This document shows positions 19,934-28,516 of a stretch of DNA of 64,000 nucleotides, one piece after another; the stretch's first letter is position 1; each line of letters starts with the position of its first letter. The stretch is from positions 25,940-89,939 of the IMG/VR virus record IMGVR_UViG_2906128962_000004; one strand, 5' to 3'. The stretch is from a virus (taxonomy: Duplodnaviria; Caudoviricetes). Under the pieces are notes generated by a model. The model saw nothing but the letters and a program-made list of their open reading frames with translations, had not been told where the DNA came from and did no database searches. The position numbers and the translations under genes were made by a program.

Positions 19934-19995
19934 AATGAGTAAATATTTACTCATTTGGAAAGTGAGATCAAGAGACAAGAGTAAATATTTACTCT
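19934..19995. promoter_or_regulatory. Twin perfect palindromes (core GAGTAAATATTTACTC) in divergent promoter region
   Basis: 22-bp palindrome 19934-19955 and 18-bp palindrome 19978-19995. Confidence 0.75.
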
Positions 19996-20046
19996 AAATT
20001 AATGAGAGGATATGATGTGCACCACCAAAGACAGCAGGAAATCAGC

Positions 20047-20460
20047 ATGAAAGTGAACTATGTGAGGAAAGGCACCGGCACACGCACAACGATAGTTATA
20101 CCCGATCATCTATGCCAGCTATGGTTAGCAACCACGCCTTCTGATGCAGTAAAACGCGATACGCAGCGCATTAAAGAGCGCCTGGAGCTGTTGGATGTAC
20201 CCAGCGAAGGCGAACCATTCCAGCGCTTAGCTGAGTCTGCGCTGGTGGCTGATATTGAGGCATACCAGGCCCGTTTGCTTGCCTCCGGCGAGCAGATGAA
20301 GGTCCGTGTTATTGATGCCCTGTTAGCGTGGCTACAGGGAGCCGTGGAGCCGACCGCCAGCGTGAATGATGTGTTTAAGGCGATTGAGCAATTTAAGTCT
20401 ATTCCGTGGGAAATTGAGGAATCATTCGAAAGCTTGGAGAAACAGCGCTATCAATGTTGA
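20047..20460 (+). CDS. Putative DNA-binding regulator (RHH-like N-terminus)
   Basis: CAGGA RBS; RTTIVIPDHLCQLW resembles a ribbon-helix start; adjacent to palindromes. Confidence 0.5.
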   Translation: MKVNYVRKGTGTRTTIVIPDHLCQLWLATTPSDAVKRDTQRIKERLELLDVPSEGEPFQRLAESALVADIEAYQARLLASGEQMKVRVIDALLAWLQGAVEPTASVNDVFKAIEQFKSIPWEIEESFESLEKQRYQC

Positions 20461-20518
20461 CCACATAAATTAAATGTCCCAGCATAGATTTCAAAACCGT
20501 ATCGAGTGAGTAATAAGA

Positions 20519-21592
20519 ATGACAAAGGATAAAGGAACGCCGCTGCAAGGAGAAATCCAGGCGCTGATAGAAAACGGTCTCGATTTCCTCAATAAAGCGC
20601 GTAAAGAGCTGGAGGGTAAGCAATATAAACACTCAATCGTAAACTTCTGGACAGCGGTTGAGATCATGCTGAAAGTCCCTTTGGTTTACGAGCATTGGAC
20701 TCTGGTTTGTAGCAAAAAAAATAAACCTAAAAAACAGGACTATCTTGATGGTGATTTTCAGTCTGTCACTTACGACGAAACACGGGATCTGTTTCGTTAT
20801 GTGTTAGAAAAACCTATCAGTAAAGAGACACATGAAGCCTTTGATAAAGTCCGGAAACATCGTAATCGCGTCGTGCATTTTTACCATTCATCATTCACTG
20901 CTGCGGATTTGGATACAATTTTGAAAGAACAGGCGGATGCCTGGTTTGCGCTAAATCGCCTGATGAGGGATGAATGGCAATATATATTTGGGGACAACCA
21001 CAAACACATTCTTGCTTCCGGTGAGACTCGTCTTCTGCAGGGGAGCAAGTTTTACTCCACAGCACGACTAAAACAGGTTGAGCCTGAGCTGAGAAAGCGG
21101 GAAAAGGAAGGTGCCGACATTCGGCGTTGTCCTGATTGTGGCCAGAACGCGGTTGTTAGCGAACCCATTCACACTGGCAATAGGCCGATCCCTGAACTTA
21201 CAGTTGGTCGATGCTTCGTCTGTGAAAGTATTAACCGCGAAGTTCGTCTGCACTGCCTAGGTTGCGGAGAGCTAATCACATGTGACGAAGGTGACATGAG
21301 TATTGAATGTAATTCCTGCAAAAGTATGTTTGATCGGTACGAACTACTCGGTGATCATTTATTTCAAAATGATGTTGAGGATGAATATTTACCGGCAGGT
21401 TGTACTAATTGTATGAGCGCTGATTCGGTAGCTAAGTTTGGTGATGGATATCTGTGTACACGATGTCTGAATTTTTATAATCAAATGGCTATTTGTAACT
21501 TCTGTGATCATATGAGTGACGATGTTTCGGAATTCAGCCATCTCAAAGGATGTGATTTCTGTGAAGGTGACCAGCGATATCTTGATGATTAG
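20519..21592 (+). CDS. HEPN-domain protein with multiple C-terminal Zn ribbons
   Basis: N-terminal helical domain ending in RNRVVH (Rx4H); eight or more CxxC pairs downstream. Confidence 0.7.
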   Translation: MTKDKGTPLQGEIQALIENGLDFLNKARKELEGKQYKHSIVNFWTAVEIMLKVPLVYEHWTLVCSKKNKPKKQDYLDGDFQSVTYDETRDLFRYVLEKPISKETHEAFDKVRKHRNRVVHFYHSSFTAADLDTILKEQADAWFALNRLMRDEWQYIFGDNHKHILASGETRLLQGSKFYSTARLKQVEPELRKREKEGADIRRCPDCGQNAVVSEPIHTGNRPIPELTVGRCFVCESINREVRLHCLGCGELITCDEGDMSIECNSCKSMFDRYELLGDHLFQNDVEDEYLPAGCTNCMSADSVAKFGDGYLCTRCLNFYNQMAICNFCDHMSDDVSEFSHLKGCDFCEGDQRYLDD

Positions 21593-21621
21593 AAATTGCT
21601 AAACGGGGGCCTACTGGCCTC

Positions 21622-21918
21622 CTAGCGGCATTTTGGACACCGGTTGTCGCAGAAATACGGAAAGCTGTTATCCAGCTCGTCCACCCAGCGCTTGTGATCG
21701 TAACAGTAGAAAACCTCCCACGGCAGACCATACTCAAACATCCATTCTTGGACCTGCGCTGTCATCGGTATTGGCGGGATCGTGCTCTGGTTGGTGCTGT
21801 AGCAATTTAAGCGTTCTTCTGCCTCACGCAGCTGGCGCTCAAGGCTCGCTATTTGTTGGCGCATTAGCCGCCGTTCTCTCAGCATTTTGAAGTAAATGCT
21901 CTCATCAGTAACCGCCAT
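21622..21918 (-). CDS. Hypothetical coiled-coil/Zn-binding protein (paralog 2)
   Basis: PWEVFYCYDHKRWVDEL..SFP...CPKC. Confidence 0.7.
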   Translation of the reverse strand: MAVTDESIYFKMLRERRLMRQQIASLERQLREAEERLNCYSTNQSTIPPIPMTAQVQEWMFEYGLPWEVFYCYDHKRWVDELDNSFPYFCDNRCPKCR

Positions 21919-22201
21919 CTTCCCCCCTACATCCCGGACACGTCCCGTAGGTATCGTGCGGGAAGCTACTACACAACTCATCAAGCCAGCGTTCGTGCTC
22001 ATAGCACCAAAAAACCTCCCACGGAACCCTGTGCTTTTTCATCAGAGCCATCAGGTTTGTCGGCATATCTGCCGGTTGGCATTCTTCAGGAAGCAGTTGC
22101 CCGGACAGCTGCATTTCCATGCGCTGCAGCTGGCGCACAAGTTCTGCATTATCCCTTTCCAGTTGCTCACATTTGGCCTGGAGTTCAGCTTTAGTTGGCA
22201 T
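21905..22201 (-). CDS. Hypothetical coiled-coil/Zn-binding protein (paralog 1)
   Basis: PWEVFWCYEHERWLDEL..SFP...CPGC. Confidence 0.7.
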   Translation of the reverse strand: MPTKAELQAKCEQLERDNAELVRQLQRMEMQLSGQLLPEECQPADMPTNLMALMKKHRVPWEVFWCYEHERWLDELCSSFPHDTYGTCPGCRGEDGGY

Positions 22202-22208
22202 AATTCCC

Positions 22209-22538
22209 CTAAATTACGGGAAGCTCATCAGTCACAGCATTTAATGCGGAGTTGATGAGGAATGTAACGACTCCCATGACCGTTACATCATCAAGAGCAT
22301 CCCCTTCAATGGCTTCGCCGTCGTCGGTTATCAACGCTTTCCCCATTACACGTGCAAAGTGAGTACGACCGCAGAATGAGATCAGCACCAGGTTGCTCTG
22401 TTTTGGCTTAAATGAGCGGTTAACAACGGCGTAGCCGGTCGATGTTTGTATGGTCAAACAGTTCGCATCGTTATGGCAAATATCGTCTACGGTAAGACGC
22501 CGTTCGACATAATCGTTTGCTGGTGATGGAAAGCCCAC
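22209..22538 (-). CDS. UmuD/HumD-like protein lacking the S24 catalytic serine motif
   Basis: GTG start after GAGG RBS gives MGFPSPANDYVE; no GDSM motif. Confidence 0.75.
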   Translation of the reverse strand: MGFPSPANDYVERRLTVDDICHNDANCLTIQTSTGYAVVNRSFKPKQSNLVLISFCGRTHFARVMGKALITDDGEAIEGDALDDVTVMGVVTFLINSALNAVTDELPVI

Positions 22539-22558
22539 GGGAATACCTCGCGCAATAA

Positions 22559-22578
22559 TACTGGTTATGCGTACAGTA
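22559..22578. promoter_or_regulatory. LexA (SOS) box
   Basis: TACTGGTTATGCGTACAGTA fits TACTG-N10-CAGTA, directly upstream of the umuD-like start. Confidence 0.85.
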
Positions 22579-22609
22579 TTATTGCGCAGGGGCATGGTGT
22601 CAATTCCGG

Positions 22610-22906
22610 TCACATACGATATTTCTTGGTTATGTGCTCCATAGTACGATCAATGACATGTACAAGGCATTTTGCGTCCTGTGTATCAGCCAGCTGAGGG
22701 TTGCCGTTCTTTACCTCATACTGAAGCGGTGCTTTGACAATGTTCAGTACATCGAGCGCGCGCTGCGGATCATCCTCATGAATCATCAGCTCCGCCAGCT
22801 CCAGCTGTTGCGCAGCGATCAGGTCGGTAATTTCCTGCTGGTGGCCCACCAGCATTTGCTGCAGCCGGTGCGCATGACGTGCCAGCAATTCTTCACGCTT
22901 ACTCAT
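22610..22906 (-). CDS. Hypothetical protein
   Basis: GGAGG RBS, MSKREELL start, coiled-coil. Confidence 0.6.
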   Translation of the reverse strand: MSKREELLARHAHRLQQMLVGHQQEITDLIAAQQLELAELMIHEDDPQRALDVLNIVKAPLQYEVKNGNPQLADTQDAKCLVHVIDRTMEHITKKYRM

Positions 22907-22907
22907 C

Positions 22908-23696
22908 TTATTTATCCTCCCCACAACCTACTTTCTGAGGCTCCGCCAGAAAAGCAAGGCACAAACTGGCCCAGGTATCTTTAGCGTAATCTGATGCCTC
23001 GATATCTTTGCGTGAAGTAACTCGCCATTGTCCATTCTCGTTCAACCGTCGGTATATTTTGGTACCGACATTTTCGATCTCAGGTACGTGTCTAAGGCAA
23101 AGACGACGTTGTAGTATCGCCTCCCCTGCAGCTATGTTGACGTAGGCCCATGGATTAAAATAACGCGTTGAATACAACCCACCGGCTTCTGGTCTTGCCA
23201 TAGATACGCGCTGCGGTTTCACTCCTGACCTCTCCAGTGCCTCAGCCAAATGTCTGCCCAGCCCCTCTTCAGCAATAACAACATGCCAGACATTTTGTTT
23301 AATCCGGGACAGTACCTCTTCTTCGGTTAGATGCTCACCAATATCAACCACAATAAAGCGTCTTTCGTTCATTTCTCCAGATATGCGGAAAAGAGAAAAA
23401 TTGATACCTGAAAGGCGACTGCTATAACTACAGCAAGCTACCAGCTGTGAAGTAGCCCATTCAAAATTGACCACGGATGTATTGCTCTGCTTTGCCTCGT
23501 TAAGTTCAGTTTCGGTGTATAACGGCACCCTTAAAGTATTTAACCCGGACGGAACTATTCCACGCTTTAGCAATGTGCTACTTAATTTTGCTCTCAGTTG
23601 CTGTGTATTCTGGTATTTAATTGCTGTATCAAATAGAGCGTTTACCAGGTCCCGATAAAGATGCGGTGGTAACGGGTATAAGTCTAAGTTAGGCAT
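22908..23696 (-). CDS. Degenerate paralog of the terminase large-subunit nuclease domain
   Basis: C-terminal about 180 aa align by eye with the PacB C-terminus in this window (RYFNPWAYVNIAA vs [13 protein letters not shown]; KIYRRLNENGQW vs [12 protein letters not shown]). Confidence 0.75.
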   Translation of the reverse strand: MPNLDLYPLPPHLYRDLVNALFDTAIKYQNTQQLRAKLSSTLLKRGIVPSGLNTLRVPLYTETELNEAKQSNTSVVNFEWATSQLVACCSYSSRLSGINFSLFRISGEMNERRFIVVDIGEHLTEEEVLSRIKQNVWHVVIAEEGLGRHLAEALERSGVKPQRVSMARPEAGGLYSTRYFNPWAYVNIAAGEAILQRRLCLRHVPEIENVGTKIYRRLNENGQWRVTSRKDIEASDYAKDTWASLCLAFLAEPQKVGCGEDK

Positions 23697-23970
23697 TGAT
23701 ATTCACCTTAATTGCAAACACCTTCACCGGCTCGGCACCAAAGTGAGGATGAGTTATTGTCTCGATGTCATAGCCGTCATACGGAACAACTATGCGCCGA
23801 TCCGCGTCGTCTTTGCGTGGATAGCCCCTAGTAATAATCAGGCGGTCATATGAGCGTCCAACCAGCCGCTTAGTCCAATAGTCAGTAAACAAACGGTACT
23901 CTTTGGGTTTTTCTCCACGCTTCATAGCGTCAAAATATTCGCCGTTCACCGCCAGGTGGAGATCAGCCAT
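23689..23970 (-). CDS. ASCH/PUA-like domain protein
   Basis: LHLAVNGEYFDAMKRGEKPKEYR signature. Confidence 0.75.
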   Translation of the reverse strand: MADLHLAVNGEYFDAMKRGEKPKEYRLFTDYWTKRLVGRSYDRLIITRGYPRKDDADRRIVVPYDGYDIETITHPHFGAEPVKVFAIKVNINA

Positions 23971-24199
23971 TCTTTTTATACCGGTTGTATGCACCACGTA
24001 CTAGGTGAATAACTTTTTCTACTACAATCCAGAGAAGCAGAATTGGAATGAGCACAAACCAAAACAAAGCGAATAATAGCGCTTCTTTTGGATTCCTTTC
24101 TAGGCCACATTCCTCATCCTGTTTTAGCGAATAGAAATACATGCCAATAAATCCCAGAAAATAAATAACCAGAATAGATAAATAAACGTGAATATTCAT
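23963..24199 (-). CDS. Small membrane protein
   Basis: Two hydrophobic segments; GGAG RBS. Confidence 0.65.
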   Translation of the reverse strand: MNIHVYLSILVIYFLGFIGMYFYSLKQDEECGLERNPKEALLFALFWFVLIPILLLWIVVEKVIHLVRGAYNRYKKNG

Positions 24200-25026
24200 T
24201 TCCCCTCCGAAGTAATGGCGCTTGCACATTTATCACACCAAAAATAGGCCCAACCATTAAAGTTCAAGCGGTAAGAATCACCATGGCATCGAGGGCATTG
24301 AACCAAAACACCACCAGCAACAATGGCTTCGCGAGATGGGGAATCAATGTTTGTAGACTCACGTATGCTGCGTTTGTTTATCTCATCTGGCGATGCCGCT
24401 CTCCAAAGCATATGGGGGTCGGATAATAATACTTCTTTATCTCGCGCCAGTGTCTTACAACGGTCCACCAGCGATTGTGCAGTGACAGTTAGAGAGCGGA
24501 TTTCTCCCGGGGCATCATTGCCAGATATAATAACGGCCAGGCGCTTTAGCATCCTGCGATCTTCACTTTCAGGCGTTGGCTGAGGCTGGCTTTTATTCAG
24601 TGAATATTCAGCCAATTTAGCATTCACATCTAGCTCTTCTTTGAGCATATTGAGATGCGTTTCTTCCACACTGAATTTAGGTACAGAGCGAAGCTCACCG
24701 CATATCATACGGTGCTCATAATCAATGATTTCAGGAGATTGTTCTACCGGCGCTGGCGTGCTGGTGTAGAGCGGAGCGATATTTCTTTCTAGGTCGGTAA
24801 TTACGCTCCATATTGGAATAGATTCAACACCCTGCATAGCCATGCTTCGGTAGCGGTCCGCATAAGCTAATACAGGATTTTCCCGTGTATCGGTGCCCAG
24901 CGCTGCCAGTGCGATTTTATTAATTTCCGCATCAAGCCGCGCAGTGTGCGACTTCGGGTGTATTGCCGCCAAATGAATGACCGCTTTTACGCGCTCAATT
25001 AACTGCTCTTTGGTAAATGTGGTCAT
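24196..25026 (-). CDS. EaA/Ead-like mosaic early phage protein
   Basis: MTTFTKEQLI...EINKIALAAL and PLYTSTPAP motifs typical of lambdoid Ea-family proteins. Confidence 0.6.
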   Translation of the reverse strand: MTTFTKEQLIERVKAVIHLAAIHPKSHTARLDAEINKIALAALGTDTRENPVLAYADRYRSMAMQGVESIPIWSVITDLERNIAPLYTSTPAPVEQSPEIIDYEHRMICGELRSVPKFSVEETHLNMLKEELDVNAKLAEYSLNKSQPQPTPESEDRRMLKRLAVIISGNDAPGEIRSLTVTAQSLVDRCKTLARDKEVLLSDPHMLWRAASPDEINKRSIRESTNIDSPSREAIVAGGVLVQCPRCHGDSYRLNFNGWAYFWCDKCASAITSEGK

Positions 25027-25373
25027 GGCTGAGAATCCTCAATTACTAAATACTTTATGTTCCGCTTAAGTGCGCGCCGTGCCTCACCAGCTTCAATTAG
25101 TTCCGACACTAACCTTCGAAGGTTTTCCGCCTCTTCTGGTTGTTTTTCAGTAGCCTGTGCAATTCCTTTTTTTAAACAGTCCATCCGATAATCTAAGGCG
25201 TTCAAAATATCTATCGACGGCAACTGGATGCCAGGAACGGCCTGATTGGTGTCTTTATTCACAGGGGATAGTTCCATTTCGTTGGCTCTGTTCTGGTTCA
25301 TGCCCGGTACTCTTGGTGGTGAATTCGGACGAGTGACTTTACCTGGCGTCGGGTTTGGTTCTTTTCTGCTCAT
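25023..25373 (-). CDS. Hypothetical protein
   Basis: 116 aa, coupled in operon. Confidence 0.55.
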   Translation of the reverse strand: MSRKEPNPTPGKVTRPNSPPRVPGMNQNRANEMELSPVNKDTNQAVPGIQLPSIDILNALDYRMDCLKKGIAQATEKQPEEAENLRRLVSELIEAGEARRALKRNIKYLVIEDSQP

Positions 25374-25705
25374 TGTTCTGGCTCACCCTGCCCATTCATT
25401 GCTTTCGCTACCGGTGCGGCATAAAGCTCGCTAACTCTCTCCCACTGATTAAACTTTCTGGTGAATTGAATTTGACCAAAAGGAATGCCGCCATTGTGTG
25501 ATGTGATATTTGTGACAATCGCTATTGGTTCGCTACTATCTTTACGGCGTTCCTGTAGCTCGCTTGCGGCTGCGCCACATAACATAAGCAGGTCAGCCAT
25601 ATTTTCTGCCTCTTTCTCCGGTCGCTGGCGGTAAAACGATAAGGCGCTCATGATCCTTAATTGCAGCATGACGACCTGCTCGTCGGTTAATTCGCTATTG
25701 TTCAT
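25370..25705 (-). CDS. Hypothetical Ea-like protein
   Basis: ELQERRK...EP(I/V)A...ELYAAP motif. Confidence 0.55.
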   Translation of the reverse strand: MNNSELTDEQVVMLQLRIMSALSFYRQRPEKEAENMADLLMLCGAAASELQERRKDSSEPIAIVTNITSHNGGIPFGQIQFTRKFNQWERVSELYAAPVAKAMNGQGEPEQ

Positions 25706-25923
25706 ACATTCCACTCCTTACCGCATGACCGGCAGGTAATTACACCGTCCTCATTATCTAGTGCACCATGACCGCACTTATTTCTCTCAGCATCGAGTGA
25801 GGCCAGCGCTATACGCGCCAGCTCTTCCGCTTCTTCTGCTGGCAGCACAATGTTGCTACCAGGTCCGTATGTTTCGCGCCAAGATTGAATTTTTAGAAGA
25901 CGTTCTCTGGTAATCGTTGTCAT
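25702..25923 (-). CDS. EaA-like small protein
   Basis: MTTITRERL...AEELARIALASL. Confidence 0.6.
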   Translation of the reverse strand: MTTITRERLLKIQSWRETYGPGSNIVLPAEEAEELARIALASLDAERNKCGHGALDNEDGVITCRSCGKEWNV

Positions 25924-25933
25924 GAATTACCCC

Positions 25934-26131
25934 TCAACCTTCCTCAATCGGCTTAATGCTGTCCAACTTCAGACGACGCTTCGTATGCGGTGCACCGATG
26001 CGGCGACCAGTAAATTTGTCGTATGTTTCTCTGGGACCAGCGCACCAGGTTGTTGCTGTCTCACGCAATTTGATGCGCTTATTTCCGTCTTTGGTGACGA
26101 CTTCACCGGTGTGGGTTTTTGGTTGGCTCAT
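25934..26131 (-). CDS. Hypothetical protein
   Basis: 65 aa, GGAGG RBS. Confidence 0.6.
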   Translation of the reverse strand: MSQPKTHTGEVVTKDGNKRIKLRETATTWCAGPRETYDKFTGRRIGAPHTKRRLKLDSIKPIEEG

Positions 26132-26853
26132 TAGGCCTCCTGTCGTAGCTGGGTGGCGAACGTATGCAGCAGGTGTTTTACAACACCGGTTGAGGCGATG
26201 GTGTCTATGCTCAGAACTTCTTGGATAGCCATCTCAACGCCCTGAGCTTTGATAGCCCTAATGGCAGAATTCAGCGCCGGTGTTTTTCGGTTTTGGATCA
26301 GAGTGGAGAACGCGAGCTGCAGGCCCACGTCAGGTAAGGCGGTACTCTTCAGAGCATCAAGAGCAAGCAGCATCGCGACGGAGTTATGTTGCGGAACATG
26401 CTTTAGCGCTGCACCTTCAACCACCAGCTGCTTGAGGTGCTCTTGCAAATCAACACCGTCAGGACAACCAGAATTGGTTTTGGCTTCGCGTATGGTGTTT
26501 AACGCCGCGTCTAACTGGCCATGAACATTGGATCGCACCCATAGGCATTCTGGGCCGTCTTCACTTTCATATATTGCGGCGATAAACCATCCATCGCCGC
26601 CAGGCGCTTCCGGTTCCCAGGTCGTAAAGGATGCTGTCGAAGCATATTCGCGCGCAGCGGCCGTATCCGGTTCCTGGTCAAATTGACTGATGGCATATTC
26701 AAGCCCGTGAGCGGTTAACCAGTTTTCTAACTCCGGGTAGCTGATCCATTCGCGACCAGCGCAAAAAGCTGTGTAGGCTGGATGATAGTAAGAGCCGTCG
26801 TTATTACGAACCACCAGCTCGGGAAACATGGCCATCAGTTTTGGAGCGTTCAC
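26131..26853 (-). CDS. Hypothetical early phage protein
   Basis: 240 aa; GSYYHP...WEPEAPGGDGWFIAAIYESEDGP family motif; Ead-like C-terminus. Confidence 0.65.
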   Translation of the reverse strand: MNAPKLMAMFPELVVRNNDGSYYHPAYTAFCAGREWISYPELENWLTAHGLEYAISQFDQEPDTAAAREYASTASFTTWEPEAPGGDGWFIAAIYESEDGPECLWVRSNVHGQLDAALNTIREAKTNSGCPDGVDLQEHLKQLVVEGAALKHVPQHNSVAMLLALDALKSTALPDVGLQLAFSTLIQNRKTPALNSAIRAIKAQGVEMAIQEVLSIDTIASTGVVKHLLHTFATQLRQEA

Positions 26854-27137
26854 AATGACACCCTCCGCTGCTGCACGCGGCCCAGTAATGAGTTCAATAA
26901 AGCCTGGTTAGGGCTACCAAAAACAGCCGTGTTCTCAAGAAGCTGGTAGTGATTGCAACCATTGATTCGCTTACTTTCGACAACTCTTGCCACAACCATT
27001 TTTCTCAGCTTCGTACGGACACCGTTAATCGTGGCGCCAATATGTTTTTGAACATCAATGACCGTGGCGCCAGGGTTGGCTGACAGGAAGCTAACTACTT
27101 CATCATCATCTATAAACTTTCGTGACATAGTTTTCAC
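26850..27137 (-). CDS. Winged-helix DNA-binding protein
   Basis: FLSANPGATVIDVQKHIG...VRTKLRKMV...NHY. Confidence 0.6.
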   Translation of the reverse strand: MKTMSRKFIDDDEVVSFLSANPGATVIDVQKHIGATINGVRTKLRKMVVARVVESKRINGCNHYQLLENTAVFGSPNQALLNSLLGRVQQRRVSL

Positions 27138-27138
27138 C

Positions 27139-27477
27139 TTATGAATTGGCCGTAGTCAGAGCCTGAGCGACAGTTACCCCACCCAGGTTGTGCAGAATGG
27201 TTTTGAACAGCACGCTTTTATGGCCCTGCTCATTCATTCCGACCGCCTTCAGCAGCTCCACCAGCTTGATTTCACTTAATGGGCGGGTTAGTTCGTATCC
27301 GCCACCAGGTCCGCGCGTTGAGCGAACCATTCCGCCCCTACGCAGCGCCGCGGCCAGATGCTCTAATGAGCTGAGGGATATACCTTTTTGCTCTGCTACC
27401 GTACCGAGCGATATTCGGCCTTCCGAAATTGATGCCAATAGCTCCATCGCTACACTGTGTTTGTCTGAAATATTCAT
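27139..27477 (-). CDS. Rrf2/IscR-family regulator without Cys ligands
   Basis: ISLSSLEHL...VRSTRGPGGGYEL; no Cys in 112 aa. Confidence 0.85.
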   Translation of the reverse strand: MNISDKHSVAMELLASISEGRISLGTVAEQKGISLSSLEHLAAALRRGGMVRSTRGPGGGYELTRPLSEIKLVELLKAVGMNEQGHKSVLFKTILHNLGGVTVAQALTTANS

Positions 27478-27559
27478 ACTGTTCCCTACTCAGCTATTAA
27501 ATCGCGCCGGTGTTTATGCGGCGTACTATAGAAATCAATTCAAAATACTAATTGTGTGC

Positions 27560-28516
27560 TTATTTATTGAGAGCTGAAAAAATATTGCGCGCGACAGCTT
27601 CCCACGTAAAACCTGCAACCTTTTCAGCATTTGCTTTGCGATCAACAGCGACCAGCACTTTGGCCCAGTCGATTTTTGAAGTTATGACCTGGTGGTTCAC
27701 CAACTCCAGGCGGTCAGGAGCAATGCAACGATCGGGAGTTAGTACCAGTGCGCCGCACATCGAGGCTTCCAGGACTGTGAGGCCCAGGCTTTCCGGATGC
27801 GTTACGATAAAAATATCTGCCTGGCGCAGTTCGGCGGCGAACTCGGTAGCTGGTACTCCATTGCGACGATATGGCTTCAGATTAATGTTCTCCGGATCAA
27901 CGTCAGTTAAGCCATCATCCGTTAGCGTTCTGGCCACAAATGATATGCCCATGGCTGAGAGCTGGCGGAGATTCATCATAATGGTCAGTGAATGGTCAAA
28001 ACCGGAAACATCGAACGCAGCATGATCGATGAAGACACGCAACTGGCCGTGTTCTTTCTTTTCTGGGTAAAAGAGAGAGCTATCAGCTGCCCAGCCGACA
28101 TATTTGTTATAGCGCTGGTGGCGATCCAAACGATGCTTATCGCCTTGGAATTTCCAGGTGTCGTCACGAACGGTGAACGTTAAATCCACCGGCGCGCTGT
28201 CCAGTAGAGATCCGTCATAGATCTGAGTTACTGGCACACCTGCAAGATTGCGTAAGCGTTCCCCGATAGTAAGCGGTATCCGTGTAAAATCTCGTACTCC
28301 AGGCGACAGAATGGCCGCTGGGGTAGTGCTTTTAACCAGACTGATAACGCTATCAGCAAAAGCTATCGGGTCTTCATCAGGCGTATACCCGTGGTGAAAT
28401 ACCAGCTCGACACCAAGCGATTGAAAGGCTGAGCATAGATGATACATCCACATGTCGCTGTAGCATTTCACATCTTCCAGGGAATTCTTCTGCGTTCCAA
28501 TGATGAGCAGTTTCAC
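27560..28516 (-). CDS. GT-B fold glycosyltransferase (GT4-like)
   Basis: ADIFIVTHPESLGLTVLEASMCGALVL (Ex7E motif). Confidence 0.8.
   Translation of the reverse strand: MKLLIIGTQKNSLEDVKCYSDMWMYHLCSAFQSLGVELVFHHGYTPDEDPIAFADSVISLVKSTTPAAILSPGVRDFTRIPLTIGERLRNLAGVPVTQIYDGSLLDSAPVDLTFTVRDDTWKFQGDKHRLDRHQRYNKYVGWAADSSLFYPEKKEHGQLRVFIDHAAFDVSGFDHSLTIMMNLRQLSAMGISFVARTLTDDGLTDVDPENINLKPYRRNGVPATEFAAELRQADIFIVTHPESLGLTVLEASMCGALVLTPDRCIAPDRLELVNHQVITSKIDWAKVLVAVDRKANAEKVAGFTWEAVARNIFSALNK

Noticed and set aside
22539-22613. N-terminal extension of the UmuD-like ORF
   Set aside because: It spans the LexA box; the GTG at 22538 has a GAGG RBS.
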